Positions 22,238 through 32,463 are shown, counted from the first letter of the stretch. The stretch is 35,863 nucleotides of DNA from Octopus bimaculoides (GCF_001194135.2 NC_068984.1:12069132-12104994), one strand, 5' to 3'. Numbers and translations: made by a program. Notes: generated by a model not told the origin, from the letters alone.

Positions 22238-22793
22238 GATTAAAAAAATAAATTAGATTAAATACTAGTTTATAAATGTGAAGAGAACTTCTACCAGTAA
22301 ATTATAAATATTTCCCTTGTGTTAGCATTTTAGTAAGACTGATGGAAAAAAATCTTTATTCTAATTTTTTTTTAATTATAAAACTTTACTTCATTACTAA
22401 TTAATAGACGAATTTTCTTTTTTCAGTCACCTGAAATCTTTGTTTTTCTTTCTATTTTTTTCTTTCTTTAATCTATTTTAAACTGATATTTAAGAAAAAT
22501 TCTTCATAAGGAATATAAAATGTCTGCTCAAAATATAATTTGTCTTCTTTTGGTTTGTAATATATTTTATTCAGTTTACAATAAATAAATAAAATAACAT
22601 AACACAAAATAAAGTAAAATAAAAACACTTAACTCTCCTTGGTTTGGATATGTAAATTAACAGAATGTTAAGAAACTCAGTTAAGTTATCACTCACACAC
22701 ACACACACACACATGCACACACACACACGCTTGCACACGCACACAGAGTTAAATGTACACTAATTTTTTTAATTAATATTGATTTTTTCTCAG

Positions 22794-22879
22794 ACATAAG
22801 ACGAATTTTTATTAAGGAAACAGACACAATCAATTGCTTCAACTCCAGTATACTACAGAAGCAGTACAGAAGAATGGTA
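22794..22879 (+). CDS. Candidate internal exon of an unidentified host gene (86 nt, xIRRIFIKETDTINCFNSSILQKQYRRMV)
   Basis: Strong acceptor TTTTTTCTCAG and donor GTAAGT, one open frame, located in non-repeat sequence. No homology is recognised. Confidence 0.3.
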
Positions 22880-23104
22880 GTAAGTTCCTAGCAAGTCAAA
22901 TATGATTTATTTCCTTTTAGTTAGTCTCTTAAGTCTAGGCCTGTCGCAGGTCTACAGACACATTAAGCCAGAGCTTTTTCTTGTTCCTGTAATGTGAAAG
23001 CAGCCAAGAGTATTACACAACCCCCACTCCAAACAAGACACTAGTCTGTTGTAGAATTAACCCCCAAATGTTACTGGTGCTCGTTTTTAGTTGAGTGACT
23101 AAAA

Positions 23105-23553
23105 ATTGTAGTCATGGGTGATACTGGTGTCATGTAACTGGCACCTGTGCTGGTAGCACATAAAAAGCACCTTTCAAGTGTTGGGCCCCATGGAGGCAAA
23201 GTGGCTGATTGCTGGTGACATGTGAAGTGCTCCTTTTGAATGTTGAGTCTCACCAAGGCAATGACTGAACCTTTGGTATTATGTCGTGCTTGAGAAGTAG
23301 ATACATGAAGCCAAGTCAAGCATACCAAGCGCAGTTGTGGCAGATATTGGTGTCACACAAATGGCACCTGTGTGACATAAAAGCACCCATTACACTCTTG
23401 GAGTGATTAGTGTTAGGAAGGGCAGGCATCCAGCTGTAGAAACCATGCCGAATCAGACTGGAGTCTGGTGCAGCCTTCCAGCTTGTCAGCCCTGGTCAAA
23501 CTGTCTAACCCATGCCAGCATGGACAACGGATGTTAAATGATGACGATGATGA
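23105..23553 (+). mobile_element. Older RTE LINE 3' region (modular UTR) with (GAT)n tail
   Basis: Repeated GGCACCTGTG..GGTxGCACxTAAAA modules, V-like TTAGGAAGGG..CATCCAGCTGTAGAAA, CCCATGCCAGCATGGA..GGATGTTAAA and a GAT tail. Confidence 0.75.
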
Positions 23554-23554
23554 T

Positions 23555-23900
23555 TGGAGCAATGGGAAACGAAGTGTTTTGTTTAAGAAAATAATGCACT
23601 GCCCAGTCTGAAGATTGAAACCACAATCTCCTGATCAGGAATCATGTGTGTGGCATGTTACTGTGAAGCAGGAAAATGTTGGATTTGGTTTGTTCAAATT
23701 ACTTCATGAGGATCATAGGACTGCTTTTTTGGTTTCTCTAGTTTATATATTCCTCCTTGGGTAGGACACCGTCTGTCACAGGATTATGCTTTTTTACCCA
23801 CTGAGTGAACAAGAGCAAAAAGAAATGAAGTGTTTTGCTCAAGAATACAATGCATCGCCCAGTCCAGGATTCGAAACCAGTATCTTACAATCATGAGGCA
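23555..23900 (-). mobile_element. Two decayed CORE-like SINE head fragments (about 23555-23645 and 23800-23900)
   Basis: GAAATGAAGTGTTTTGCTCAAGAATACAA...CCCAGTCCAGGATTCGAAACCA is the reverse complement of the 13414-type head/core. Confidence 0.5.
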
Positions 23901-24271
23901 CAACTGTTAGGTCTGGTTAATACCAAATTTCTAGGTCAGAACAGTGAAGCTGCTATATTTGGGGAAATAGTAGAATCATATTCATATGAAACTGTAAGAA
24001 TTCTTGTGGGGATGAGGCCACAAGATTAAAAACAGTGGCTGACTATGGAATATCTATTTAAACGAAGTAAGCTAATTATGCCAGGTGTTGTGTTTCCTTT
24101 GATAAAAAGAAACAAAAGATTTCAGGTGTTCAACAGGGTTCTTGGTAAAATATTTTAAAATATTATCTCTTGGTTCTACACTGTATAATAGAGTATATCT
24201 GTAGATCTTAGTTTGCATTGCATGTAGACACTATGTCTTTATATACAATAGCTTTTTATTATAAAAATATA

Positions 24272-24710
24272 TCTTTTATCTCTTATTTGTTTCAGTCATT
24301 GGACTGTGGCCAAGCTGGGGCACAGCCTTGAAGGGCTTTAGTTGAACAAATCTGCCCCTGTGCTTATTCTTTAAGTCTCTTTTGCTGAACTCTTAGCACA
24401 CCTCTTTTGCTGAACCTTTAGCACACTGTAGGTGCATCATGTCACTGTATGAGTTTTCTCCCTTGTAGTAACAGGGAAGTGGCCGGGGAAACAATCCTAC
24501 CAAAAACGCAGTGTGCTAAAGGTTAAGCTGTTGGGATGTATTAGGCATAAACACAACAGGCTTCTTTTTGTTTCCGTCTTCCAAACCTACTCACAAGGCA
24601 TTGGCCACCCCAGGACTGTAATAGAAGACACTTACTCAAGTATCAACACAGTAGGACTGAACCTGACACCACATGTTTGCAAACAAGCTTCTTGACCACA
24701 AAGCCATAGA
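24272..24710 (-). mobile_element. Meta-like tRNA SINE, decayed, interrupted by a small MITE
   Basis: 3' end at 24272-24400 and 5' half at 24545-24710 (ACAGGCTTC...ACTCACAAGG...AGAAGACACTT...CTTCTTGACCACA). Confidence 0.65.
24415..24522. mobile_element. Small piggyBac-like MITE
   Basis: Perfect 16-bp inverted repeat AACCTTTAGCACACTG (24413-24428) / CAGTGTGCTAAAGGTT (24509-24524). The right flank is TTAA and the left flank is TGAA. Confidence 0.55.
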
Positions 24711-25519
24711 TTTTCAACCAACATCCTATGTATAGACAGATGTAAATACCATGCCTTAACATACAATATCTTTGTTGATTTAGTAGTACCAGTAATCTTT
24801 TAGTGTTGTCACAGTATTGTTAGTTCAAACATGCTTCCCACTACATTAATCCATAACCTATTTTTAATCAGTTTTAATTAATCAAATTTTTAGTGTTGTC
24901 TCCCTTGCCTCTTTTGACCAGAAATAATCCTAACACTGTTGATTTCTTTCTTCTCATGACAGGTGTAATTTTTAACTAACTGAAATATCTATTTAATTTA
25001 AATATCTTTACTCTATTAAGTACATTAGCACTAACCTTCCTGTTTAGATTTTAGTTTGAAATTAGATGCCAAAAGATAGAATAGTTCAATAGCAGAGTGA
25101 TAATATATTGACTAGATAACTGAGCTAGCATTCTGAAATATAATCAAATCCAAGATTAGGTTATCTACCACTTGATATATTCTACCTATGATAACTTACA
25201 GGGAACATTAATCTTCTTTCAAACTGATTGGTCTTAGTTTTATGAGAGATACAATGATAAACAGACGCAGGGAGGTATTACAGATGTGAGAACAAAGGGG
25301 ATTTGATGTACATTTTGGAAAGGAAATGAAAACAGAAAAGATATATAAGTAAAACTTATCGTAGGAAAAGAGCAGAAATATATTCTCTTGTTCTGAAGAG
25401 TTAATAGTTTTAAGAGTGGAGAGATGTGTTTATTCTTGGCAGAGAATTAGCTATAATTATAACTTTCTTAAGTTATTAAATATTATTAACAGCATATTTG
25501 TGTGCGTGTGTGTGTGTGT

Positions 25520-25550
<31 letters not shown>

Positions 25551-25742
25551 CATGTGTGCATATGTATGTATGTCATCATCCAGTTTTATTTCAAGATTTC
25601 TTACTAATTCAATGGAATTTCAACATCAACAACAGGGTAATTTTGTATGTATTTATGTATGTATGTATGTATGTATGCATGTATGTATGTATGCATGTAT
25701 GTATGCATGTATGTATGTATGTATGTATGCATGTATGTATAT

Positions 25743-26417
25743 GTGCAGATTTGTATATTTTGTTTTATGTATGTATTGTCATACATATAGTTACGTATCT
25801 AGACATGCTCATACATATTTAAATGATAAACTTCTGAAAAGTTTTACAGATTTTTACTGTTCCAGTGATGGATTGGATCTGTAGTCTTTGAATTAGCTTT
25901 CTCCTTTCTGGTTTTGAGAAGCCTAATTTCTCAAGATTGGTATTTAGGCAGTGTGTTACATATCCCAGGGCCCCAATAATTACAGGTATAAACTTGAACT
26001 TATAATCACATGCGTAATGTCTTTCACAGAAACATGACATAGCCTACACCTGCGGTTTCACCTTGAGATTAAAAGAGCGTCACTGTCTCTCTTGTTCACC
26101 AGGTACTTTGTGACAATCTCCTGTTCCTGGATTGCAAACGCATAGCCTTCAAAGTGTGATGTGATGTCGTGGTCATGTGTCCAAGAGAGGCTGTGCTTAT
26201 TGTCAATTCTACTGTCTTCTTCAAGTTTCTGGGCAACATACCCATGCATAGTGTCTTTTGTTTTGTACACTGAGTGCCTTCCATTCAAGTCTTCTCTGAG
26301 GTAAGGAGAGCTCAGCTGTTTTGGGGCTGTATAGATCATCAGGAAGAGAATGTTTCTTGAGGAGTTCACAGCCAACTCGTACAATGTTGCTCACTTCACT
26401 TTTCAGCACTGCATGAA
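25743..26417 (-). mobile_element. R4/Dong-clade RLE LINE, 5'-truncated and internally deleted (copy 2)
   Basis: ORFs 26058-26384 (HGY...SLSW...SHFEGYAFAIQEQEIVTKYL) and 25819-26040 (YKFKFIPVIIGALG...RLQIQSITGTVKICKTFQKFII*). It shares the 3' UTR with copy 1. Confidence 0.88.
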
Positions 26418-26579
26418 TATGTATGTGTGTATGTATGTTTTCTCTTGAGTTTTATTTAAGTTCTTCTCAAAAGAGTTCAAGCCAGATGGTAACAAAGCAA
26501 CAAGACTTCTTGAGTTGAGAGTTCCCAGTGTTAGCAGATATGTGGTCAAGTTGCTGTGTTGGTTGAGCTGTCGATGCAC

Positions 26580-26599
26580 ACATGTATGTACGTGTGTGT

Positions 26600-26630
<31 letters not shown>

Positions 26631-26920
26631 CATGTGTGTGTGTGTGTATGTGTGTGTGTGTGTGTGTGTATGTGCACTCCTTGTTCTGACCACATGGGAT
26701 GATTGTAAACAAGCATCACCATCATATGTGAAGTATTATTTGTTGCCAGTCTTTCATGGGGAAACATGTCTGGCCATGAGAAATATTACCTTACGTGGAA
26801 ACAGGAGTGAATTGGCCACAGGAAGGGTGTCTAGATGTAGAAACCCTGCTTCAACAAATTCTGTTTGCACCATGCAAACATGGAAGAGTGGATGTTAAAT
26901 GGTAATGATGATGATGATGA
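26580..26920 (+). mobile_element. (GT)n plus SINE 3' half with V-like domain and (GAT)n tail
   Basis: AACATGTCTGGCCAT..GAAATATTACCTT..GGAAACAGG..TTGG..ACAGGAAGGG...CATGCAAACATGGAAGAGTGGATGTTAAA. Confidence 0.6.
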
Positions 26921-27675
26921 TGGTGCTGACAATGCTGGTGGTGGTAGCAGTGACGATGACGATGACGACACTGATGATGATGATGAATGTTTCACTTGCA
27001 CGTAGCCTGTGTAGATTAGTTCAGTATATTAGAAAGCAGCAGCAAAATTTCTCTCATATTCAATGTTATCATCTTATTCCTGAAACAAGATGAGTGGTGG
27101 TCATAACTGGAAAGCCTTTGGTCGTGGGTATAATCAATCAAGATTGATGTAAGACTAAACAGCAGCAACAATAGATGAGAAGAAGGTGTGATTGATCACT
27201 AAAGAGTGACAAGGCTAAACAAGAACAGCAACAGGTGAGAAGGACCAGTTTTATAGCTCCTTAGAACTCCCCCCTCCCACCAGAAAAAAAGCCTTATCAA
27301 ACTTAAGAGCCAGGGATTTTGTAAACACAGAGAGGTCAGGTGGAGGTCAATTTTTATATTTAGTAAATATCAGGCTGTGTTTGGTGTAACACAGCTGAAG
27401 TTTTGTAACACAAATAGATAAATCAGCCATCAGTAATGTAAACCTCAAAGAGTCACTATCTTCTTAAGTGGCAGGTGAGACAGAGAACCAGGTGAACTTT
27501 GCACCAAACGAGAAACGAGATATATAGAGATAAGGTTAGAAAATATAATTTATACTTTGAGAGGAATGTGACCCTGACATGGATTTTTGGTTTGTAAGCC
27601 CAAGGTAAAATCCAAACATGTCTTGGGAGAAGAAACAGAATATACCTAGGAGAAGGTGAGTTTGAAAGCTGAGGG

Positions 27676-27956
27676 TTTTCGAGCGAGATCGTTGCCAGTG
27701 CCCCTGGACTGGCTCTTGTGCGGGTGGCACATAAAAGACACCATTTCGAGCGTGGCCGTTTTTGTGCGGGTGACACGTAAAAGCACCCACTACACTCTCT
27801 GAGTGGTTGGCGTTAGGAAGGGCATCCAGCTGTAGAAACTCTGCCAAATTAGATTGGAGCCTGGTGTAGCCATCCGGTTGCACCAGTCCTCAGTCAAATC
27901 GTCCAACCCATGCTAGCATGGAAAGCGGACGTTAAACGATGATGATGATGATGATG
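27676..27956 (+). mobile_element. Young 5'-truncated RTE LINE 3' UTR with (GAT)n tail
   Basis: Near-identical to 29755-30026. Confidence 0.85.
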
Positions 27957-28029
27957 AAGGATATCTGTATGAAGATTAGCTTCTGTGTTAATCTATTATA
28001 ACACAACTTGAGAGCAAACGAGAGCTTTA

Positions 28030-28290
28030 CTATGAATCAATGCGAGGGCCTCTATGGAGTTTCTTCATCTGCTAGAAATAACAACTAAACCTCCTTCAAA
28101 TTACACTTCACCATTTTAAGAAGTGAAAACCACATTAGATATATACTCCTAGATATCATTAAAAAAATTGGTGGGTCACAACCGGAATATCGCTAATTAA
28201 AAATCTGCTTGATCTGATAGAATTGCAAGCAAATCTTCCTCAAAATCACAACTCATATTAAAAAAAAGGAAGGACACATTAGATAATCCT
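28030..28290 (+). repeat. Two tandem partial copies of another interspersed repeat
   Basis: AAAT.CTCCxTCAAAxTxACAC...AAAA..GAAxxACACATTAGAT occurs twice (~28085-28140 and ~28230-28285). Confidence 0.4.
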
Positions 28291-28498
28291 TTCTACTATA
28301 CGCACAAGGCCTAACATTTAATAGGAGGGGGCCAGTTGATTAGATTGATCTTAGTATGCAACAAGTACTTAATTTATTGACCCCAAAAGGATGAAAGGCA
28401 AAGTTGATCTTGATGGAATTTGAACTCAGAATGTAAAGACAGAAGAAAAATCGCTACGCATTTTGCTTGGCGTGCTAACGTTTCTGCCAGCTCACCAT
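28291..28498 (-). mobile_element. Nin/Deu-like tRNA SINE, near full length
   Basis: GCACAAGGCC...AAGTACTTAATTTATTGACCCCAAAAGGATGAAAGGCAAAG...GAATTTGAACTCAGAA...GTGCTAACGTTTCTGCCAGCTC. Confidence 0.8.
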
Positions 28499-28599
28499 GT
28501 TGGACACATACGATAATATAATCTTATATATCCTTAAAAACATAGGATGGAATGTCTTTGATTACAAGTCTAGTCAGTGTTGGTTTGGGGTTACACAAC

Positions 28600-28733
28600 A
28601 AAAACCACACACACACACGCACACACACACACACACACACACATGCACACACACACACACACATACAACAGGCTTCTTACAGTTTCCATCTACACACACA
28701 TACACATATACAATGAGCTCCTATCAGTTTCTG
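28600..28733 (-). repeat. Local partial duplicate of the variant SINE at 29276-30121, lacking the RTE insertion
   Basis: AAAACCACACAC...ATACAACAGGCTTCTTACAGTTTCCATCTACACACACATACACATATACAATGAGCTCCTATCAGTTTCT matches 29476-29582 + 30027-30056. Confidence 0.75.
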
Positions 28734-28744
28734 TTGATCAATGG

Positions 28745-29150
28745 TATTCTTTCATTCTTTTACTTGTTTCAGTCATTTGACTGCGGCCATGCTGGAGCAC
28801 CACCTTTAGTCGAACAAATCAACCCTAGGACTTATTCTTTGTTAGCCTAGTACCTATTTTATCAGTCACTTTTTGCCAAACTACTAAGTGATGGGGACGT
28901 AACAACACCAACATCAGTTGTCAAGCGATGGGGTGGGGGACAAGCACAGACACAAATAACAAATACATACAGACATATATATATATATGACGGGCTTCTT
29001 TCAGTTTCCATCTACCAAATCCACTCACAAGGCTTTGGTCAGCCCGAGGCTATATTAGAAGACACTTGCCCAATGTGCCATGCAGTGGGATTGAACCTGG
29101 AACCATGTGATTAGGAAGCAAGCTTCTTATCACACAGCCACTCCTGCACC
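28745..29150 (-). mobile_element. Full-length Meta-like tRNA SINE
   Basis: Complete head (A/B box-like), core GCCTCGGGCTGACCAAAGCCTTGTGAGTGGATTTGGTAGATGGAAACTGAAAGAAGCCCGTC, central microsatellite and 3' end. Confidence 0.8.
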
Positions 29151-29275
29151 TATTATATCCATATTTATATAAAACTGACAGTTAGAGACAAAGAAGTTAT
29201 ATAATACACAAGAGTATTTCTGCAGATGACAGAGACAGCAGATAACAAGCAGGAAACTATGTAAAAACTACTGTC

Positions 29276-30121
29276 TCTTATCTTTTATCGCTTACTTGTG
29301 TCATTTGTCAGACTGTGGCCATGCTGGGGCATAGCCTTGATGGGTTTAGTTGAACAAACCAACACAAAATACTTATATTTTCAGACTAGTATTTATTCTG
29401 TTGATCTCTTTGCCAAACAGCTAAGTTACAGGGATGTAAACAAACCACACCTATTGTCAAGCAGTAGTGGGGGGAAAAAAACCACACACACACACACACA
29501 CATGCACATACACGCACACACACACACATGCACACACATGCACACACATGCACATATACAACAGGCTTCTTACAGTTTCCATGATGACTACGGACCGAGA
29601 CCTTTGGAAATGGGCTGTGCGTGAGAAGACCCGGCAAGCCAAGTAAGATCGTTGCCAGTGCCCCTGGACTGGTTCTTGTGCGGGTGGCACATGAGATGCA
29701 CCATTTTGAGCGTGGCCGTTGCCAGTACAGCCTGACTGGCTCCTGTAGGATTTTCGAGCGAGATCGTTGCCAGTGCCCCTGGACTGGCTTGTGCGGGTGG
29801 CACATAAAAGACACCATTTCGAGCGTGGCCGTTTTCGTACGGGTGACACGTAAAAGCACCCACTACACTCTCTGAGTGGTTGGCGTTAGGAAGGGCATCC
29901 AGCTGTAGAAACTCTGCCAAATCAGACTGGAGCCTGGTGTTGCCATCCGGTTTCACCAGTCCTCAGTCAAATCGTCCAACCCATGCTAGCATGGAAAGCG
30001 GACGTTAAACGATGATGATGATGATGACACATATACAATGAGCTCCTATCAGTTTCTCTCGACCAATCCACTCACAAGTCTTTGGTTAGCTCAGATCTAT
30101 AGTAAAAAAGACTTGCCCAAG
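29276..30121 (-). mobile_element. Meta-like SINE variant (internally duplicated core) interrupted by RTE
   Basis: 3' half at 29276-29582 and 5' part at 30027-30121. Its head continues at 30340-30380 beyond the mariner piece. Confidence 0.75.
29583..30026 (+). mobile_element. 5'-truncated RTE LINE: ORF C-terminus, modular 3' UTR and (GAT)n tail
   Basis: Begins with MTTDRDLWKWAVREKTRQAK* (RTE-type DRxxWR C-terminus), has a 115-bp duplicated module (29647 and 29762) and a GAT tail. Confidence 0.85.
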
Positions 30122-30141
30122 TGTGTGTGTACATATATATA

Positions 30142-30396
30142 TGAGGGTAAGTCAAAAAGTAATGCCATTTTGTTTAGGACAGGTATAATTACCAACACAG
30201 GAACATGTATCATACATCAAAATGAAGCTGGTCCTCTGTGGATCACATCCCTACTTCTCAACATAGTCACCGTTTCTCTCAATAGCAATGTTCCACCTTC
30301 GAATGAGAGCATGTATCTCTGCCCCATAAAATTCTGTTGACTGTTCTTTGAGCCCAGAACCTTGTTGTTTGTTGAGAAGCAATATATCTATGTGTG

Positions 30397-30452
<56 letters not shown>

Positions 30453-30845
30453 CAAAGAGAGGTGACNNNNNNNNNNNNNNNNNNNNNNNNNNNNNNNNNN
30501 NNNNNNNNNNNNNNNNNNNNNNNNNNNNNNNNNNNNNNNNNNNNNNNNNNNNNNNNNNNNNNNNNNNNNNNNNNNNNNNNNNNNNNNNNNNNNNNNNNNN
30601 NNNNNNNNNNNNNNNNNNNNNNNNNNNNNNNNNNNNNNNNNNNNNNNNNNNNNNNNNNNNNNNNNNNNNNNNNNNNNNNNNNNNNNNNNNNNNNNNNNNN
30701 NNNNNNNNNNNNAACGGTGACTATGTTGAGAAGTAGGGATGTGATTCACAGAGGACCAGCTTCATTTTGATGTATGATACATGTTCCTGTGTTGGTAATT
30801 ATACCTGTCCTAAACAAAATGGCATTACTTTTTGACTCACCCTCA
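30142..30845. mobile_element. Mariner relic present as two inverted right ends across a gap
   Basis: TA-TGAGGGT(A/G)AGTCAAAAAGTAATGCC TIRs at both ends. 30142-30274 equals the reverse complement of 30713-30845 with 2 mismatches. The minus strand 30345-30251 encodes LKEQSTEFYGAEIHALIRRWNIAIERNGDYVEK*, a mariner C-terminus. Confidence 0.85.
30467..30712. other. Assembly gap inside the inverted mariner structure
   Basis: Run of N. Confidence 1.
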
Positions 30846-30957
30846 TATATATATATTTAAAAATTTTTTAAATATTTAAATTTTATTTCTATTTTAAAAG
30901 CAATGGCCATTCAACACATTGGAGTTCGGCTTTAACTGCTCTTGCTCCCTCTCTTTG

Positions 30958-31015
<58 letters not shown>

Positions 31016-31024
31016 CACACATAG

Positions 31025-31453
31025 ATATATTGCTTCCCAACAAACAACATGGTTCTGGGTTCAGTCCCGCTGCACGGCATCTTGGGCAAGTCTTTTTTAC
31101 TATAGACCTGAGCCAACCCAATCCTTGTGGATTGGTAGACAGAAACTGATAGCAGCTCATTGTATATGTGTGTATGTGTGTGTAGATGGAAACTGTAAGA
31201 AGCCTGTTGTGTTTGTGTGTGTCTTTGTGTCTGTCTTTGTCCCTCACCACCTCATGGCAACACACATTGGTGTGTTTATGTCCCCATGACTTAGCAGTTT
31301 GGCAAAAGAGACCAATAGAATATGTACCAGACTTAAAAACAGATAAGTACTGGGATCAATTCATTTGACTTGAGAAAAAATTCTTGAAAGTGGTGCTCCA
31401 GCATGGCTGCAGTCTAATGACTGAAACATGTTACGTATAAAATATAAAAGATA
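31025..31453 (+). mobile_element. Meta-like SINE variant (internally duplicated core), 5' edge eroded
   Basis: TTGCTTCCCAA..CATGGTTCTGGGTTCAGTCCC..CTTGGGCAAG...GAAACTGATAGCAGCTC...GGAAACTGTAAGAAGCC...CAGCATGGCTGCAGTCTAATGACTGAAAC. Confidence 0.8.
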
Positions 31454-31770
31454 TCACATTCAGAAAACTCTTTTCTTTTCCATTACAAATTGGGATTTTA
31501 TTTAGGACTAACCGAAAGTGCCTAGTGAGTGGACTTTGGTCCCCTTAGTTTAATACCATTGTTCGCTTTGTACCTTGAACAGCGTCACAGCAACATCTAT
31601 TTTGTTAGTGAATATTGTATCATAAAACCATTTTATTGTCCTAAACATTTTTATTGACACAACTTGGCATCTTCTGATGAACACATCCAATGTGCCAAGG
31701 AAGTAAACTTTGGACTGGGTTCTTTAATAATGCTATTAATTGAATATCTATTTTTCATATCTTTAATGGT

Positions 31771-31890
31771 AAGGCAGCAAGCTGGCAGAAATGTTAGCAC
31801 ACCAGGCGAAATGCTTAGTGGTATTTTGGCTGTCTTTATGTTCTGAGTTCAAATTCTGCCATGGTCGACTTTGCCTTTCATCCTTTTGAG
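31771..31890 (+). mobile_element. Nin/Deu-like tRNA SINE 5' part
   Basis: AAGGCAGCAAGCTGGCAGAAATGTTAGCAC...GTTCTGAGTTCAAATTCTGCC..GGTCGACTTTGCCTTTCATCCTTT. Confidence 0.8.
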
Positions 31891-31894
31891 TTTT

Positions 31895-32125
31895 TTTTGT
31901 GCCACCGGCACAGAAGCCAGTCAAAGTGGCACTGGCATCGGCCACATTCAGATGGTGCATTTTACATGCTACTGGCATGCGGGTCACAACTACAATTTCC
32001 GTTTGATTTGATATTGATGTTGATGCTGATGTACTTGACTCAATAGGTCTCCTTAAGCACAGCATGTCACCTATGATCCAAGGTACTTTTGAGTGGGCTG
32101 GTTATGTGACATTGGTGTAGGTTAC
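31895..32125 (-). mobile_element. Diverged RTE-related 3' region fragment
   Basis: GTGCCACCGGCAC..GAAGCCAG...GGCACTGGCATCGGCCAC...AGATGGTGC modules as in 35264-35760. Confidence 0.6.
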
Positions 32126-32398
32126 ATACATGAAGAAATTCTAAACAATAACACAACCCCAAATTTAATCAATAAAATTTCTCCAAAACACCTCTCCACC
32201 ACAGCCCATCCTAAAACCTAATTACCACTCCACTGAACTCACACACCCAAGGAAGATTTTCACTCAACAGAGACTATATAAAGCCAAGATTAACTCCAAT
32301 GCATCACAGTCTGACAATAGCTTAGCTGGCCAAAACTTCTAAGTCAATGTCAACAATATTCTTGTTTAAGAATAATGTATATATTCCATTTACATGTA

Positions 32399-32463
32399 NN
32401 NNNNNNNNNNNNNNNNNNNNNNNNNNNNNNNNNNNNNNNNNNNNNNNNNNNNNNNNNNNNNNN
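32399..32463. other. Assembly gap
   Basis: Run of N. Confidence 1.

Noticed and set aside
25170-25270. Segment reminiscent of Helentron/DINE-like termini
   Set aside because: Similarity is too weak; no subterminal IR or hairpin could be confirmed.
29640-29860. Regularly spaced direct repeats superficially like a CRISPR or structured array
   Set aside because: These are internal RTE UTR modules in eukaryotic DNA, with no unique spacers and no cas genes.
19054-29956. Recurrent MKPDG...LAEFLQLDALPNANHSES ORFs (19054, 19414, 27536, 29588) that look like a peptide family
   Set aside because: They are the antisense reading of the RTE 3' UTR; similarity reflects repeat copies.
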